Assembly: GCA_965655095.1 (NCBI GenBank)
Contig: OZ296657.1
Location: 90,768,001 to 90,832,000, forward strand
DNA length: 64,000 nucleotides
Origin: Haplodiscus bocki
Lineage: Eukaryota
Direction of reading: 5' to 3'
The notes beneath the pieces are model-generated. The model saw only the letters and a list, made by a program, of their open reading frames with translations. It was not told where the DNA came from and made no database searches. The position numbers and the translations under genes are program-made. Below are positions 1-15,000 of this stretch, piece by piece (within the stretch, counting starts at the first letter, position 1; every line of letters starts with the position of its first letter).

Positions 1-3000
1 ATGCAGCCAGTTTCCAGGGCTTCGTATGAACGATGTTCCAATCGCTGAAGACTTGATCAGAACCAACGTTTTTCTGTACGACATTCATATTGTCGATGGA
101 GGTCTTGTTGGAGAACTTGCGAGAAGAACTGAAAGGTTTTCAAACTTTGCTGTTGTTACGTTACAATAGTCACAATTGCGGTTTCCAATATCAATGATCC
201 CTTCCAAGTTTATCGTTGCCCGTCCTGTGATCAGTTCATCAAAAAAGCTGGGAACCTGGACAGGCTTTTATTAACTTGCGAAGAACGAGCTGAGCATATG
301 CTGCCAGAAAACGTGTATCAGCTCCGTGAAACACTTGGCAAACTAAATCCTTTTGATATCCCGTACACAAATGAAAAGAGATTTTCAAGAAATTGGCTAT
401 TTTTCGCTGAGTGAATTTTTGTAAAGCATGAAGAATTCAAAGTTACAGGTAGTACAACATGGATCGGAAATTTATCCCCGTTTCCGTTTCAATATCATCT
501 TATCTTTTAGAAAATCCTACATTACCCTGCAAAGTTGAGCCTCGTGACTTGCTGTCATCTTTCATTGATGCTGTGAAAAACCTTGCTACGCAAAGTAAAG
601 CGCAAATGAAAAACAATTTCTTGCAAGTTGAAGCAACAATACGAAACAAACTTGGAATGATTCGCGAAATTCGTAGTCGACATCGCACCCATATAATCGA
701 CATTGAAGAGGACTGTCTCGAAGATGATTTTGATAATGTCTTAAGACAGTTGCTACAAATCCTATAAAAATCAGCTGACTGATTTCTGGATCGCTTCTTT
801 GGATTCAAGACTGCAAAGTACGTTGAGTTTGATCAAGGCCTATTTATTACCCATTCTTGTTAAGGAACGAGACACTGAGCCAAATGTTATGAAGAAGGCT
901 CATCATTTTGCCTAGTTCAAGTTTGGTAACGTTCCGATGCTCGACATTTTGAAGTTTCTCGGGCGGAGCCACGACCCTTGATACTTTCCTCAAAGCTTAC
1001 AAGACAAAATAGAAACAAAAGTGTCCTTGCCCCATGAATGGTTCACCCACACCGACAAGTTAAATCACAGAAAATTTCCCCCTTGTGAGACCTTTTAGAA
1101 TAAATTACAAAACTCCAACCGTCTAGAGAAGCAGTATCAAGACCGAAAAAAATGATCAACAGCGAGTTGTCGAAGGAATGTGCCTTGACTAAATTGAAAC
1201 TCTCTGAAAAACCACCTACTGGAGCTCAAAACTATCATTACTTGGAGAAAATCTAAAAAAAAATTCGGACTTTCAGGGACTTCTTGCGGTAGTTTAACAT
1301 CAGAGACGTCCCGACTTTAGAGGCTATGCAGAAAAAGGTTGACTTTTATCACGAAAAGGGTATTGACATGCCTAAACTTGGAGTTACTTTACCCAATCTC
1401 GCAAACCTGTGTCTGCACAAGTCTACTAGCGCAAATTTTTGTCCTTCCACAGAAAGCAAAGACTTGTTGGAGGAAATCCGCCGGGACATAATTGGAGGAC
1501 GTTCCATCGTGTCCAAATGTCTCGACAACCTTGCAGGCTGACTTGAACTTTCATATGGCCAAAGAGCATAGCTCAACCGAGTGAACGGCCGTTTGCAGTC
1601 AACGGCTGTTTGCAAGTGTCACCCAAGTGGTAGACTTTCCCAGTTTCCATTACTTGCGATTACACAGACAAAAGATTCATGGAGCAAAAAGTGGATCAGA
1701 ATCAAACAGTACTGATATTAAACATATACTCGGAGAAAAAGACGACGATGGCTTGTAAGAAGCGTTGGAAACATACAAACAGTTCCTCATCAATTCGGAG
1801 ATGAAGAATCGGATTGATAGGGACTTTAGCTTTGCAATGGATTCTCTGAACGCGCACTTGTTGAATAAAAAGTTGAATCTGGTGTTTGATAGTCTCAAAT
1901 GTGCAGCTGAGCTGAATATTGGGTTTGGCTTCGTTCTCAAAATTGCAGAAATTGGCAGTGGTCTCCATTACTCAAACGAAAATAACACATTGATGGAACG
2001 ATCCAAACTCGTTGCTGCAAAAGAAATTTTGAAAAAATTAAGACGTTGCTGAACATCGTTGATGTGATTGAATCCTGTACACGAAAGCGAAGAAACACAA
2101 AGTCGATCTTTTTCGAGTTAAGGATCGTGACTTTCTTTTGCTGGTTTGCTCGAAGAAGTTCCTATGAGGTGTACAAACGCAGTTCCACCAAAACCACTCA
2201 TTAAAAATCATTGAGTCGATTGTTGTGACGTTTGAAAAGGGCACCAGATACCATACAACGATGGTTTATGTCTTGTGATCTTTGTCATTCCCTTTTCACG
2301 GTTAAGACAAACTGGAAGAAGAGACGTCTAAATTGTTTGCTGCCTATCTACAGAACATGGAAGATGTTGATGCAGCCAGTTTCCAGGGCTTCGTATGAAC
2401 GATGTTCCAATCGCTGAAGACTTGATCAAAACCAACGTTTTTCTGTACGACATTGATATTGTCGATGGAGGTCTTGTTGGAGAACTTGCGAGAAGAACTG
2501 AAAGGTTTTCAAACTTTGCTGTTGTTACGTTACAATAGTCACAATTGCGGTTTCCAATATCAATGATCCCTTCCAAGTTTATCGTTGCCCGTCCTGTGAT
2601 CAGTTCATCAAAAAATCTGGGAACCTGGACAGGCTTTTATTAACTTGCGAAGAACGAGCTGAGCATATGCTGCCAGAAAACGTGTATCAGCTCCGTGAAA
2701 CACTTGGCAAACTAAATCCTTTTGATATCCCGTACACAAATGAAAAGAGATTTTCAAGAAATTGGCTATTTTTCGCTGAGTGAAATTTTGTAAAGCATGA
2801 AGAATTCAAAGTTACAGGTAGTACAACATGGATCGGAAATTTATCCCCGTTTCCGTTTCAATATCATCTTATCTTTTAGAAAATCCTACATTACCCTGCA
2901 AAGTTGAGCCTCGTGACTTGCTGTCATCTTTCATTGATGCTGTGAAAAACCTTGCTACGCAAAGTAAAGCGCAAATGAAAAACAATTTCTTGCAAGTTGA

Positions 3001-6000
3001 AGCAACAATACGAAACAAACTTGGAATGATTCGCGAAATTCGTAGTCGACATCGCACCCATATAATCGACATTGAAGAGGACTGTCTCGAAGATGATTTT
3101 GATAATGTCTTAAGACAGTTGCTACAAATCCGATAAAAATCAGCTGACTGATTTCTGGATCGCTTCTTTGGATTCAAGACTGCAAAGTACGTTGAGTTTG
3201 ATCAAGGCCTATTTATTACCCATTCTTGTTAAGGAACGAGACACTGAGCCAAATGTTATGAAGAAGGCTCATCATTTTGCCTAGTTCAAGTTTGGTAACG
3301 TTCCGATGCTCGACATTTTGAAGTTTCTCGGGCGGAGCCACGACCCTTGATACTTTCCTCAAAGCTTACAAGACAAAATAGAAACAAAAGTGTCCTTGCC
3401 CCATGAATGGTTCACCCACACCGACAAGTTAAATCACAGAAAATTTCCCCCTTGTGAGACCTTTTAGAATAAATTACAAAACTCCAACCGTCTAGAGAAG
3501 CAGTATCAAGACCGAAAAAAATGATCAACAGCGAGTTGTCGAAGGAATGTGCCTTGACTAAATTGAAACTCTCTGAAAAACCACCTACTGGAGCTCAAAA
3601 CTATCATTACTTGGAGAAAATCTAAAAAAAAATTCGGACTTTCAGGGACTTCTTGCGATAGTGTAACATCAAAGACGTTGTCTCGACTTTAGAGGCTATG
3701 CCGAAAAAGGTTGACTTTTATCACGAAAAGGGTATTGACATGCCTAAACTTGGAGTTACTTTACCCAATCTCGCAAACCTGTGTCTGCACAAGTCTACTA
3801 GCGCAAATATTTGTCCTTCCACAGAAAGCAAAGACTTGTTGGAGGAAATCCGCCGGGACATAATTGGAGGACGTTCCATAGTGTCCAAATGTCTCGACAA
3901 CCTTGCAGGCTGACTTGAACTTTCATATGGCCAAAGAGCATAGCTCAACCGAGTGAACGGCCGTTTGCAGTCAACGGCTGTTTGCAAGTGTCACCCAAGT
4001 GGTAGACTTTCCCAGTTTCCATTACTTGCGATTACACAGACAAAAGATTCATGGAGCAAAAAGTGGATCAGAATCAAACAGTACTGATATTAAACATATA
4101 CTCGGAGAAAAAGACGACGATGGCTTGTAAGAAGCGTTGGAAACATACAAACAGTTCCTCATCAATTCGGAGATGAAGAATCGGATTGATAGGGACTTTA
4201 GCTTTGCAATGGATTCTCTGAACGCGCACTTGTTGAATAAAAAGTTGAATCTGGTGTTTGATAGTCTCAAATGTGCAGCTGAGCTGAATATTGGGTTTGG
4301 CTTCGTTCTCAAAATTGCAGAAATTGGCAGTGGTCTCCATTACTCAAACGAAAATAACACATTGATGGAACGATCCAAACTCGTTGCTGCAAAAGAAATT
4401 TTGAAAAAATTAAGACGTTGCTGAACATCGTTGATGTGATTGAATCCTGTACACGAAAGCGAAGAAGCACAAAGTCGATCTTTTTCGAGTTAAGGATCGT
4501 GACTTTCTTTTGCTGGTTTGCTCGAAGAAGTTCCTATGAGGTGTACAAACGCTGTTCCACCAAAACCACTCATTAAAAATCATTGAGTCGATTGTTGTGA
4601 CGTTTGAAAAGGGCACCAGATACCATACAACGATGGTTTATGTCTTGTGATCTTTGTCATTCCCTTTTCACGGTTAAGACAAACTGGAAGAAGAGACGTC
4701 TAAATTGTTTGCTGCCTATCTACAGAACATGGAAGATGTTGATGCAGCCAGTTTCCAGGGCTTCGTATGAACGATGTTCCAATCGCTGAAGACTTGATCA
4801 AAACCAACGTTTTTCTGTACGACATTGATATTGTCGATGGAGGTCTTGTTGGAGAACTTGCGAGAAGAACTGAAAGGTTTTCAAACTTTGCTGTTGTTAC
4901 GTTACAATAGTCACAATTGCGGTTTCCAATATCAATGATCCCTTCCAAGTTTATCGTTGCCCGTCCTGTGATCAGTTCATCAAAAAAGCTGGGAACCTGG
5001 ACAGGCTTTTATTAACTTGCGAAGAACGAGCTGAGCATATGCTGCCAGAAAACGTGTATCAGCTCCGTGAAACACTTGGCAAACTAAATCCTTTTGATAT
5101 CCCGTACACAAATGAAAAGAGATTTTCAAGAAATTGGCTATTTTTCGCTGAGTGAAATTTTGTAAAGCATGAAGAATTCAAAGTTACAGGTAGTACAACA
5201 TGGATCGGAAATTTATCCCCGTTTCCGTTTCAATATCATCTTATCTTTTAGAAAATCCTACATTACCCTGCAAAGTTGAGCCTCGTGACTTGCTGTCATC
5301 TTTCATTGATGCTGTGAAAAACCTTGCTACGCAAAGTAAAGCGCAAATGAAAAACAATTTCTTGCAAGTTGAAGCAACAATACGAAACAAACTTGGAATG
5401 ATTCGCGAAATTCGTAGTCGACATCGCACCCATATAATCGACATTGAAGAGGACTGTCTCGAAGATGATTTTGATAATGTCTTAAGACAGTTGCTACAAA
5501 TCCGATAAAAATCAGCTGACTGATTTCTGGATCGCTTCTTTGGATTCAAGACTGCAAAGTACGTTGAGTTTGATCAAGGCCTATTTATTACCCATTCTTG
5601 TTAAGGAACGAGACACTGAGCCAAATGTTATGAAGAAGGCTCATCATTTTGCCTAGTTCAAGTTTGGTAACGTTCCGATGCTCGACATTTTGAAGTTTCT
5701 CGGGCGGAGCCACGACCCTTGATACTTTCCTCAAAGCTTACAAGACAAAATAGAAACAAAAGTGTCCTTGCCCCATGAATGGTTCACCCACACCGACAAG
5801 TTAAATCACAGAAAATTTCCCCCTTGTGAGACCTTTTAGAATAAATTACAAAACTCCAACCGTCTAGAGAAGCAGTATCAAGACCGAAAAAAATGATCAA
5901 CAGCGAGTTGTCGAAGGAATGTGCCTTGACTAAATTGAAACTCTCTGAAAAACCACCTACTGGAGCTCAAAACTATCATTACTTGGAGAAAATCTAAAAA

Positions 6001-9000
6001 AAAATTCGGACTTTCAGGGACTTCTTGCGGTAGTTTAACATCAGAGACGTCCCGACTTTAGAGGCTATGCAGAAAAAGGTTGACTTTTATCACGAAAAGG
6101 GTATTGACATGCCTAAACTTGGAGTTACTTTACCCAATCTCGCAAACCTGTGTCTGCACAAGTCTACTAGCGCAAATTTTTGTCCTTCCACAGAAAGCAA
6201 AGACTTGTTGGAGGAAATCCGCCGGGACATAATTGGAGGACGTTCCATAGTGTCCAAATGTCTCGACAACCTTGCAGGCTGACTTGAACTTTCATATGGC
6301 CAAAGAGCATAGCTCAACCGAGTGAACGGCCGTTTGCAGTCAACGGCTGTTTGCAAGTGTCACCCAAGTGGTAGACTTTCCCAGTTTCCATTACTTGCGA
6401 TTACACAGACAAAAGATTCATGGAGCAAAAAGTGGATCAGAATCAAACAGTACTGATATTAAACATATACTCGGAGAAAAAGACGACGATGGCTTGTAAG
6501 AAGCGTTGGAAACATACAAACAGTTCCTCATCAATTCGGAGATGAAGAATCGGATTGATAGGGACTTTAGCTTTGCAATGGATTCTCTGAACGCGCACTT
6601 GTTGAATAAAAAGTTGAATCTGGTGTTTGATAGTCTCAAATGTGCAGCTGAGCTGAATATTGGGTTTGGCTTCGTTCTCAAAATTGCAGAAATTGGCAGT
6701 GGTCTCCATTACTCAAACGAAAATAACACATTGATGGAACGATCCAAACTCGTTGCTGCAAAAGAAATTTTGAAAAAATTAAGACGTTGCTGAACATCGT
6801 TGATGTGATTGAATCCTGTACACGAAAGCGAAGAAACACAAAGTCGATCTTTTTCGAGTTAAGGATCGTGACTTTCTTTTGCTGGTTTGCTCGAAGAAGT
6901 TCCTATGAGGTGTACAAACGCTGTTCCACCAAAACCACTCATTAAAAATCATTGAGTCGATTGTTGTGACGTTTGAAAAGGGCACCAGATACCATACAAC
7001 GATGGTTTATGTCTTGTGATCTTTGTCATTCCCTTTTCACGGTTAAGACAAACTGGAAGAAGAGACGTCTAAATTGTTTGCTGCCTATCTACAGAACATG
7101 GAAGATGTTGATGCAGCCAGTTTCCAGGGCTTCGTATGAACGATGTTCCAATCGCTGAAGACTTGATCAAAATCAACGTTTTTCTGTACGACATTGATAT
7201 TGTCGATGGAGGTCTTGTTGGAGAACTTGCGAGAAGAACTGAAAGGTTTTCAAACTTTGCTGTTGTTACGTTACAATAGTCACAATTGCGGTTTCCAATA
7301 TCAATGATCCCTTCCAAGTTTATCGTTGCCCGTCCTGTGATCAGTTCATCAAAAAAGCTGGGAACCTGGACAGGCTTTTATTAACTTGCGAAGAACGAGC
7401 TGAGCATATGCTGCCAGAAAACGTGTATCAGCTCCGTGAAACACTTGGCAAACTAAATCCTTTTGATATCCCGTACACAAATGAAAAGAGATTTTCAAGA
7501 AATTGGCTATTTTTCGCTGAGTGAAATTTTGTAAAGCATGAAGAATTCAAAGTTACAGGTAGTACAACATGGATCGGAAATTTATCCCCGTTTCCGTTTC
7601 AATATCATCTTATCTTTTAGAAAATCCTACATTACCCTGCAAAGTTGAGCCTCGTGACTTGCTGTCATCTTTCATTGATGCTGTGAAAAACCTTGCTACG
7701 CAAAGTAAAGCGCAAATGAAAAACAATTTCTTGCAAGTTGAAGCAACAATACGAAACAAAGTTGGAATGATTCGCGAAATTCGTAGTCGACATCGCACCC
7801 ATATAATCGACATTGAAGAGGACTGTCTCGAAGATGATTTTGATAATGTCTTAAGACAGTTGCTACAAATCCGATAAAAATCAGCTGATTGATTTCTGGA
7901 TCGCTTCTTTGGATTCAAGACTGCAAAGTACGTTGAGTTTGATCAAGGCCTATTTATTACCCATTCTTGTTAAGGAACGAGACACTGAGCCAAATGTTAT
8001 GAAGAAGGCTCATCATTTTGCCTAGTTCAAGTTTGGTAACGTTCCGATGCTCGACATTTTGAAGTTTCTCGGGCGGAGCCACGACCCTTGATACTTTCCT
8101 CAAAGCTTACAAGACAAAATAGAAACAAAAGTGTCCTTGCCCCATGAATGGTTCACCCACACCGACAAGTTAAATCACAGAAAATTTCCCCCTTGTGAGA
8201 CCTTTTAGAATAAATTACAAAACTCCAACCGTTTAGAGAAGCAGTATCAAGACTGAAAAAATGATCAACAGCGAGTTCTCGAAGGAATGTGCCTTGACTA
8301 AATTGAAACTCTCTGAAAAACCACCTACTGGAGCTCAAAACTATCATTACTTGGAGAAAATCTGAAAAAAATAGGACTTTCAGGGACTTCTTGCGATAGT
8401 GTAACATCAAAGACGTTGTCTCGACTTTAGAGGCTATGCCGAAAAAGGTTGACTTTTATCACGAAAAGGGTATTGACATGCCTAAACTTGGAGTTACTTT
8501 ACCCAATCTCGCAAACCTGTGTCTGCACAAGTCTACTAGCGCAAATATTTGTCCTTCCACAGAAAGCAAAGACTTGTTGGAGGAAATCCGCCGGGACATA
8601 ATTGGAGGACGTTCCATAGTGTCCAAATGTCTCGACAACCTTGCAGGCTGACTTGAACTTTCATATGGCCAAAGAGCATAGCTCAACCGAGTGAACGGCC
8701 GTTTGCAGTCAACGGCTGTTTGCAAGTGTCACCCAAGTGGTAGACTTTCCCAGTTTCCATTACTTGCGATTACACAGACAAAAGTTTCATGGAGCAAAAA
8801 GTGGATCAGAATCAAACAGTACTGATATTAAACATATACTCGGAGAAAAAGACGACGATGGCTTGTAAGAAGCGTTGGAAACATACAAACAGTTCCTCAT
8901 CAATTCGGAGATGAAGAATTGGATTGATAGGGACTTTAGCTTTGCAATGGATTCTCTGAACGCGCACTTGTTGAATAAAAAGTTGAATCTGGTGTTTGAT

Positions 9001-12000
9001 AGTCTCAAATGTGCAGCTGAGCTGAATATTGGGTTTGGCTTCGTGCTCAAAATTGCGGAAATTGGCAGTTGTCTCCATTACTCAAACGAAAATAACGCAC
9101 TGATGGAACGATCCAAACTCGTTGCTGCAAAACAAATTTTGAAAAAATTAAGACGTTGCTGAACATCGTTGATGTGATTGAATCCTGTACACGAAAGCGA
9201 AGAAACACAAAGTCGATCTTTTTCGAGTTAAGGATCGTGACTTTCTTTTGCTGGTTTGCTCGAAGAAGTTCCTATGAGGTGTACAAACGCTGTTCCACCA
9301 AAACCACTCATTAAAAATCATTGAGTCGATTGTTGTGACGTTTGAAAAGGGCACCAGATACCATACAACGATGGTTTATGTCTTGTGATCTTTGTCATTC
9401 CCTTTTCACGGTTAAGACAAACCGGAAGAAGAGACGTCTAAATTGTTTGCTGCCTATCTACAGAACATGGAAGATGTTGATGCAGCCAGTTTCCAGGGCT
9501 TCGTATGAACGATGTTCCAATCGCTGAAGACTTGATCAAAACCAACGTTTTTCTGTACGACATTGATATTGTCGATGGAGGTCTTGTTGGAGAACTTGCG
9601 AGAAGAACTGAAAGGTTTTCAAACTTTGCTGTTGTTACGTTACAATAGTCACAATTGCGGTTTCCAATATCAATGATCCCTTCCAAGTTTATCGTTGCCC
9701 GTCCTGTGATCAGTTCATCAAAAAAGCTGGGAACCTGGACAGGCTTTTATTAACTTGCGAAGAACGAGCTGAGCATATGCTGCCAGAAAACGTGTATCAG
9801 CTCCGTGAAACACTTGGCAAACTAAATCCTTTTGATATCCCGTACACAAATGAAAAGAGATTTTCAAGAAATTGGCTATTTTTCGCTGAGTGAAATTTTG
9901 TAAAGCATGAAGAATTCAAAGTTACAGGTAGTACAACATGGATCGGAAATTTATCCCCGTTTCCGTTTCAATATCATCTTATCTTTTAGAAAATCCTACA
10001 TTACCCTGCAAAGTTGAGCCTCGTGACTTGCTGTCATCTTTCATTGATGCTGTGAAAAACCTTGCTACGCAAAGTAAAGCGCAAATGAAAAACAATTTCT
10101 TGCAAGTTGAAGCAACAATACGAAACAAAGTTGGAATGATTCGCGAAATTCGTAGTCGACATCGCACCCATATAATCGACATTGAAGAGGACTGTCTCGA
10201 AGATGATTTTGATAATGTCTTAAGACAGTTGCTACAAATCCGATAAAAATCAGCTGATTGATTTCTGGATCGCTTCTTTGGATTCAAGACTGCAAAGTAC
10301 GTTGAGTTTGATCAAGGCCTATTTATTACCCATTCTTGTTAAGGAACGAGACACTGAGCCAAATGTTATGAAGAAGGCTCATCATTTTGCCTAGTTCAAG
10401 TTTGGTAACGTTCCGATGCTCGACATTTTGAAGTTTCTCGGGCGGAGCCACGACCCTTGATACTTTCCTCAAAGCTTACAAGACAAAATAGAAACAAAAG
10501 TGTCCTTGCCCCATGAATGGTTCACCCACACCGACAAGTTAAATCACAGAAAATTTCCCCCTTGTGAGACCTTTTAGAATAAATTACAAAACTCCAACCG
10601 TTTAGAGAAGCAGTATCAAGACTGAAAAATTGATCAACAGCGAGTTCTCGAAGGAATGTGCCTTGACTAAATTGAAACTCTCTGAAAAACCACCTACTGG
10701 AGCTCAAAACTATCATTACTTGGAGAAAATCTGAAAAAAATATGACTTTCAGGGACTTCTTGCGATAGTGTAACATCAAAGACGTTGTCTCGACTTTAGA
10801 GGCTATGCCGAAAAAGGTTGACTTTTATCACGAAAAGGGTATTGACATGCCTAAACTTGGAGTTACTTTACCCAATCTCGCAAACCTGTGTCTGCACAAG
10901 TCTACTAGCGCAAATATTTGTCCTTCCACAGAAAGCAAAGACTTGTTGGAGGAAATCCGCCGGGACATAATTGGAGGACGTTCCATAGTGTCCAAATGTC
11001 TCGACAACCTTGCAGGCTGACTTGAACTTTCATATGGCCAAAGAGCATAGCTCAACCGAGTGAACGGCCGTTTGCAGTCAACGGCTGTTTGCAAGTGTCA
11101 CCCAAGTGGTAGACTTTCCCAGTTTCCATTACTTGCGATTACACAGACAAAAGTTTCATGGAGCAAAAAGTGGATCAGAATCAAACAGTACTGATATTAA
11201 ACATATACTCGGAGAAAAAGACGACGATGGCTTGTAAGAAGCGTTGGAAACATACAAACAGTTCCTCATCAATTCGGAGATGAAGAATGGGATTGATAGG
11301 GACTTTAGCTTTGCAATGGATTCTCTGAACGCGCACTTGTTGAATAAAAAGTTGAATCTGGTGTTTGATAGTCTCAAATGTGCAGCTGAGCTGAATATTG
11401 GGTTTGGCTTCGTGCTCAAAATTGCGGAAATTGGCAGTTGTCTCCATTACTCAAACGAAAATAACACACTGATGGAACGATCCAAACTCGTTGCTGCAAA
11501 ACAAATTTTGAAAAAATTAAGACATTGCTGAACATCGTTGATGTGATTGAATCCTGTACACGAAAGCGAAGAAACACAATGTCGAAGTTTTTCGAGTTAA
11601 TGATTTTGACTTTCTTTTGCTGGTTTGCTCGAAGAAGTTCCTATGAGGTGTACAAACGCTGTTCCACCAAAACCACTCATAAAAATCATTGAGTCGATTT
11701 TTGTGACGTTTGAAAAGCGCACCAGATACCATACAACGATGGTTTATGTCTTGTGATCTTTGTCATTCCCTTTTCACGGTTAAGACAAACTGGAAGAAGA
11801 GACGTCTAAATTGTTTGCTGCCTATCTACAGAACATGGAAGATGTTGATGCAGCCAGTTTCCAGGGCTTCGTATGAACGATGTTCCAATCGCTGAAGACT
11901 TGATCAAAACCAACGTTTTTCTGTACGACATTGATATTGTCGATGGAGGTCTTGTTGGAGAACTTGCGAGAAGAACTGAAAGGTTTTCAAACTTTGCTGT

Positions 12001-15000
12001 TGTTACGTTACAATAGTCACAATTGCGGTTTCCAATATCAATGATCCCTTCCAAGTTTATCGTTGCCCGTCCTGTGATCAGTTCATCAAAAAAGCTGGGA
12101 ACCTGGACAGGCTTTTATTAACTTGCGAAGAACGAGCTGAGCATATGCTGCCAGAAAACGTGTATCAGCTCCGTGAAACACTTGGCAAACTAAATCCTTT
12201 TGATATCCCGTACACAAATGAAAAGAGATTTTCAAGAAATTGGCTATTTTTCGCTGAGTGAATTTTTGTAAAGCATGAAGAATTCAAAGTTACAGGTAGT
12301 ACAACATGGATCGGAAATTTATCCCCGTTTCCGTTTCAATATCATCTTATCTTTTAGAAAATCCTACATTAACCTGCAAAGTTGAGCCTCGTGACTTGCT
12401 GTCATCTTTCATTGATGCTGTGAAAAACCTTGCTACGCAAAGTAAAGCGCAAATGAAAAACAATTTCTTGCAAGTTGAAGCAAAAATACGAAACAAACTT
12501 GGAATGATTCGCGAAATTCGTAGTCGACATCGCACCCATATAATCGACATTGAAGAGGACTGTCTCGAAGATGATTTTGATAATGTCTTAAGACAGTTGC
12601 TACAAATCCGATAAAAATCAGCTGACTGATTTCTGGATCGCTTCTTTGGATTCAAGACTGCAAAGTACGTTGAGTTTGATCAAGGCCTATTTATTACCCA
12701 TTCTTGTTAAGGAACGAGACACTGAGCCAAATGTTATGAAGAAGGCTCATCATTTTGCCTAGTTCAAGTTTGGTAACGTTCGGATGCTCGACATTTTGAA
12801 GTTTCTCGGGCGGAGCCACGACCCTTGATACTTTCCTCAAAGCTTACAAGACAAAATAGAAACAAAAGTGTCCTTGCCCCATGAATGGTTCACCCACACC
12901 GACAAGTTAAATCACAGAAAATTTCCCCCTTGTGAGACCTTTTAGAATAAATTACAAAACTCCAACCGTTTAGAGAAGCAGTATCAAGACTGAAAAAAAT
13001 GATCAACAGCGAGTTCTCGAAGGAATGTGCCTTGACTAAATTGAAACTCTCTGAAAAACCACCTACTGGAGCTCAAAACTATCATTACTTGGAGAAAATC
13101 TGAAAAAAATATGACTTTCAGGGACTTCTTGCGATAGTGTAACATCAAAGACGTTGTCTCGACTTTAGAGGCTATGCCGAAAAAGGTTGACTTTTATCAC
13201 GAAAAGGGTATTGACATGCCTAAACTTGGAGTTACTTTACCCAATCTCGCAAACCTGTGTCTGCACAAGTCTACTAGCGCAAATATTTGTCCTTCCACAG
13301 AAAGCAAAGACTTGTTGGAGGAAATCCGCCGGGACATAATTGGAGGACGTTCCATAGTGTCCAAATGTCTCGACAACCTTGCAGGCTGACTTGAACTTTC
13401 ATATGGCCAAAGAGCATAGCTCAACCGAGTGAACGGCCGTTTGCAGTCAACGGCTGTTTGCAAGTGTCACCCAAGTGGTAGACTTTCCCAGTTTCCATTA
13501 CTTGCGATTACACAGACAAAAGTTTCATGGAGCAAAAAGTGGATCAGAATCAAACAGTACTGATATTAAACATATACTCGGAGAAAAAGACGACGATGGC
13601 TTGTAAGAAGCGTTGGAAACATACAAACAGTTCCTCATCAATTCGGAGATGAAGAATCGGATTAATAGGGACTTTAGTTTTGCAATGGATTCTCTGAACG
13701 CGCACTTGTTGAATAAAAAGTTGAATCTGGTGTTTGATGGTCTCAAATGTGCAGCTGAGCTGAATATTGGGTTTGGCTTCGTTCTCAAAATTGCGAAAAT
13801 TGGCAGTTGTCTGCATTACTCAAACGAAAATAACACACCGATGGAACGATCCAAACTCGTTGCTGCAAAAGAAATTTTGAAAAAATTAAGACGTTGCTGA
13901 ACATCGTTGATGTGATTGAATCCTGTACACGAAAGCAAAGAAACACAAAGTCGAAGTTTTTCGAGTTAAGGATTGTGACTTTCTTTGGCTGGTTTGCTCG
14001 AAGAAGTTCCTATGAGGTGTACAAACGCTGTTTCACCAAAACCACTCAATAAAAATCATTGAGTCGATTGTTGTGACGTTTGAAAAGCGCACCAGATACC
14101 ATACAACGATGGTTTATGTCTTGTGATCTTTGTCATTCCCTTTTCACGGTTAAGACAAACTGGAAGAAGAGACGTCTAAATTGTTCGCTGCCCATCTACA
14201 GAACATGGAAGATGTTGATGCAGCCAGTTTCCAGGGCTTCGTATGAACGTTGTTCCAATCGCTGAAGACTTGATCAAAACCAACGTTTTTCTGTACGACA
14301 TTGATATTGTCGATGGAGGTCTTGTTGGAGAACTTGCGAGAAGAACTGAAAGGTTTTCAAACTTTGCTGTTGTTACGTTACAATAGTCACAATTGCGGTT
14401 TCCAATATCAATGATCCCTTCCAAGTTTGTCGTTGCCCGTCCTGTGATCAGTTCATCAAAAAAAGCTGGGAACCTGGACAGGCATTTATTAACTTGCGAA
14501 GAACGAGCTGAGCATATGCTGCCAGAAAATGTGTATCAGCTCCGTGAAACACTTGGCAAACTAAATCCTTTTGATATCCCGTACACAAATGAAGAGATTT
14601 TCAAGAAATTGGCTATTTTTCAGTGAGTGAAGTTTTGTAAAGCATGAAGAATTCAAAGATAGAGGTAGTACAACATGGATCGGAAATGTATCACAGTTTC
14701 CGTTTCAATATCATCTTATCTTTTAGAAAATCCTACATTACCCTGCAAAGTTGAGCCTCGTGACTTGCTGTCATCTTTCACTGATGCTGTGAAAAACCTT
14801 GCTACGCAAAGTAAAGCGCAAATGGAAAACAATTTCTTGCAAGTTGAAGCAACAATACGAAACAAACTTGGAATGATTTGCGAATTTCGTAATCGACATC
14901 GCACCCATATAATCGACATTGAAGAGGACTGTCTCGAAGATGATTTTGATAATGTCTTAAGACAGTTGCTACAAATCCCATAAAAATCAGCTGACTGATT

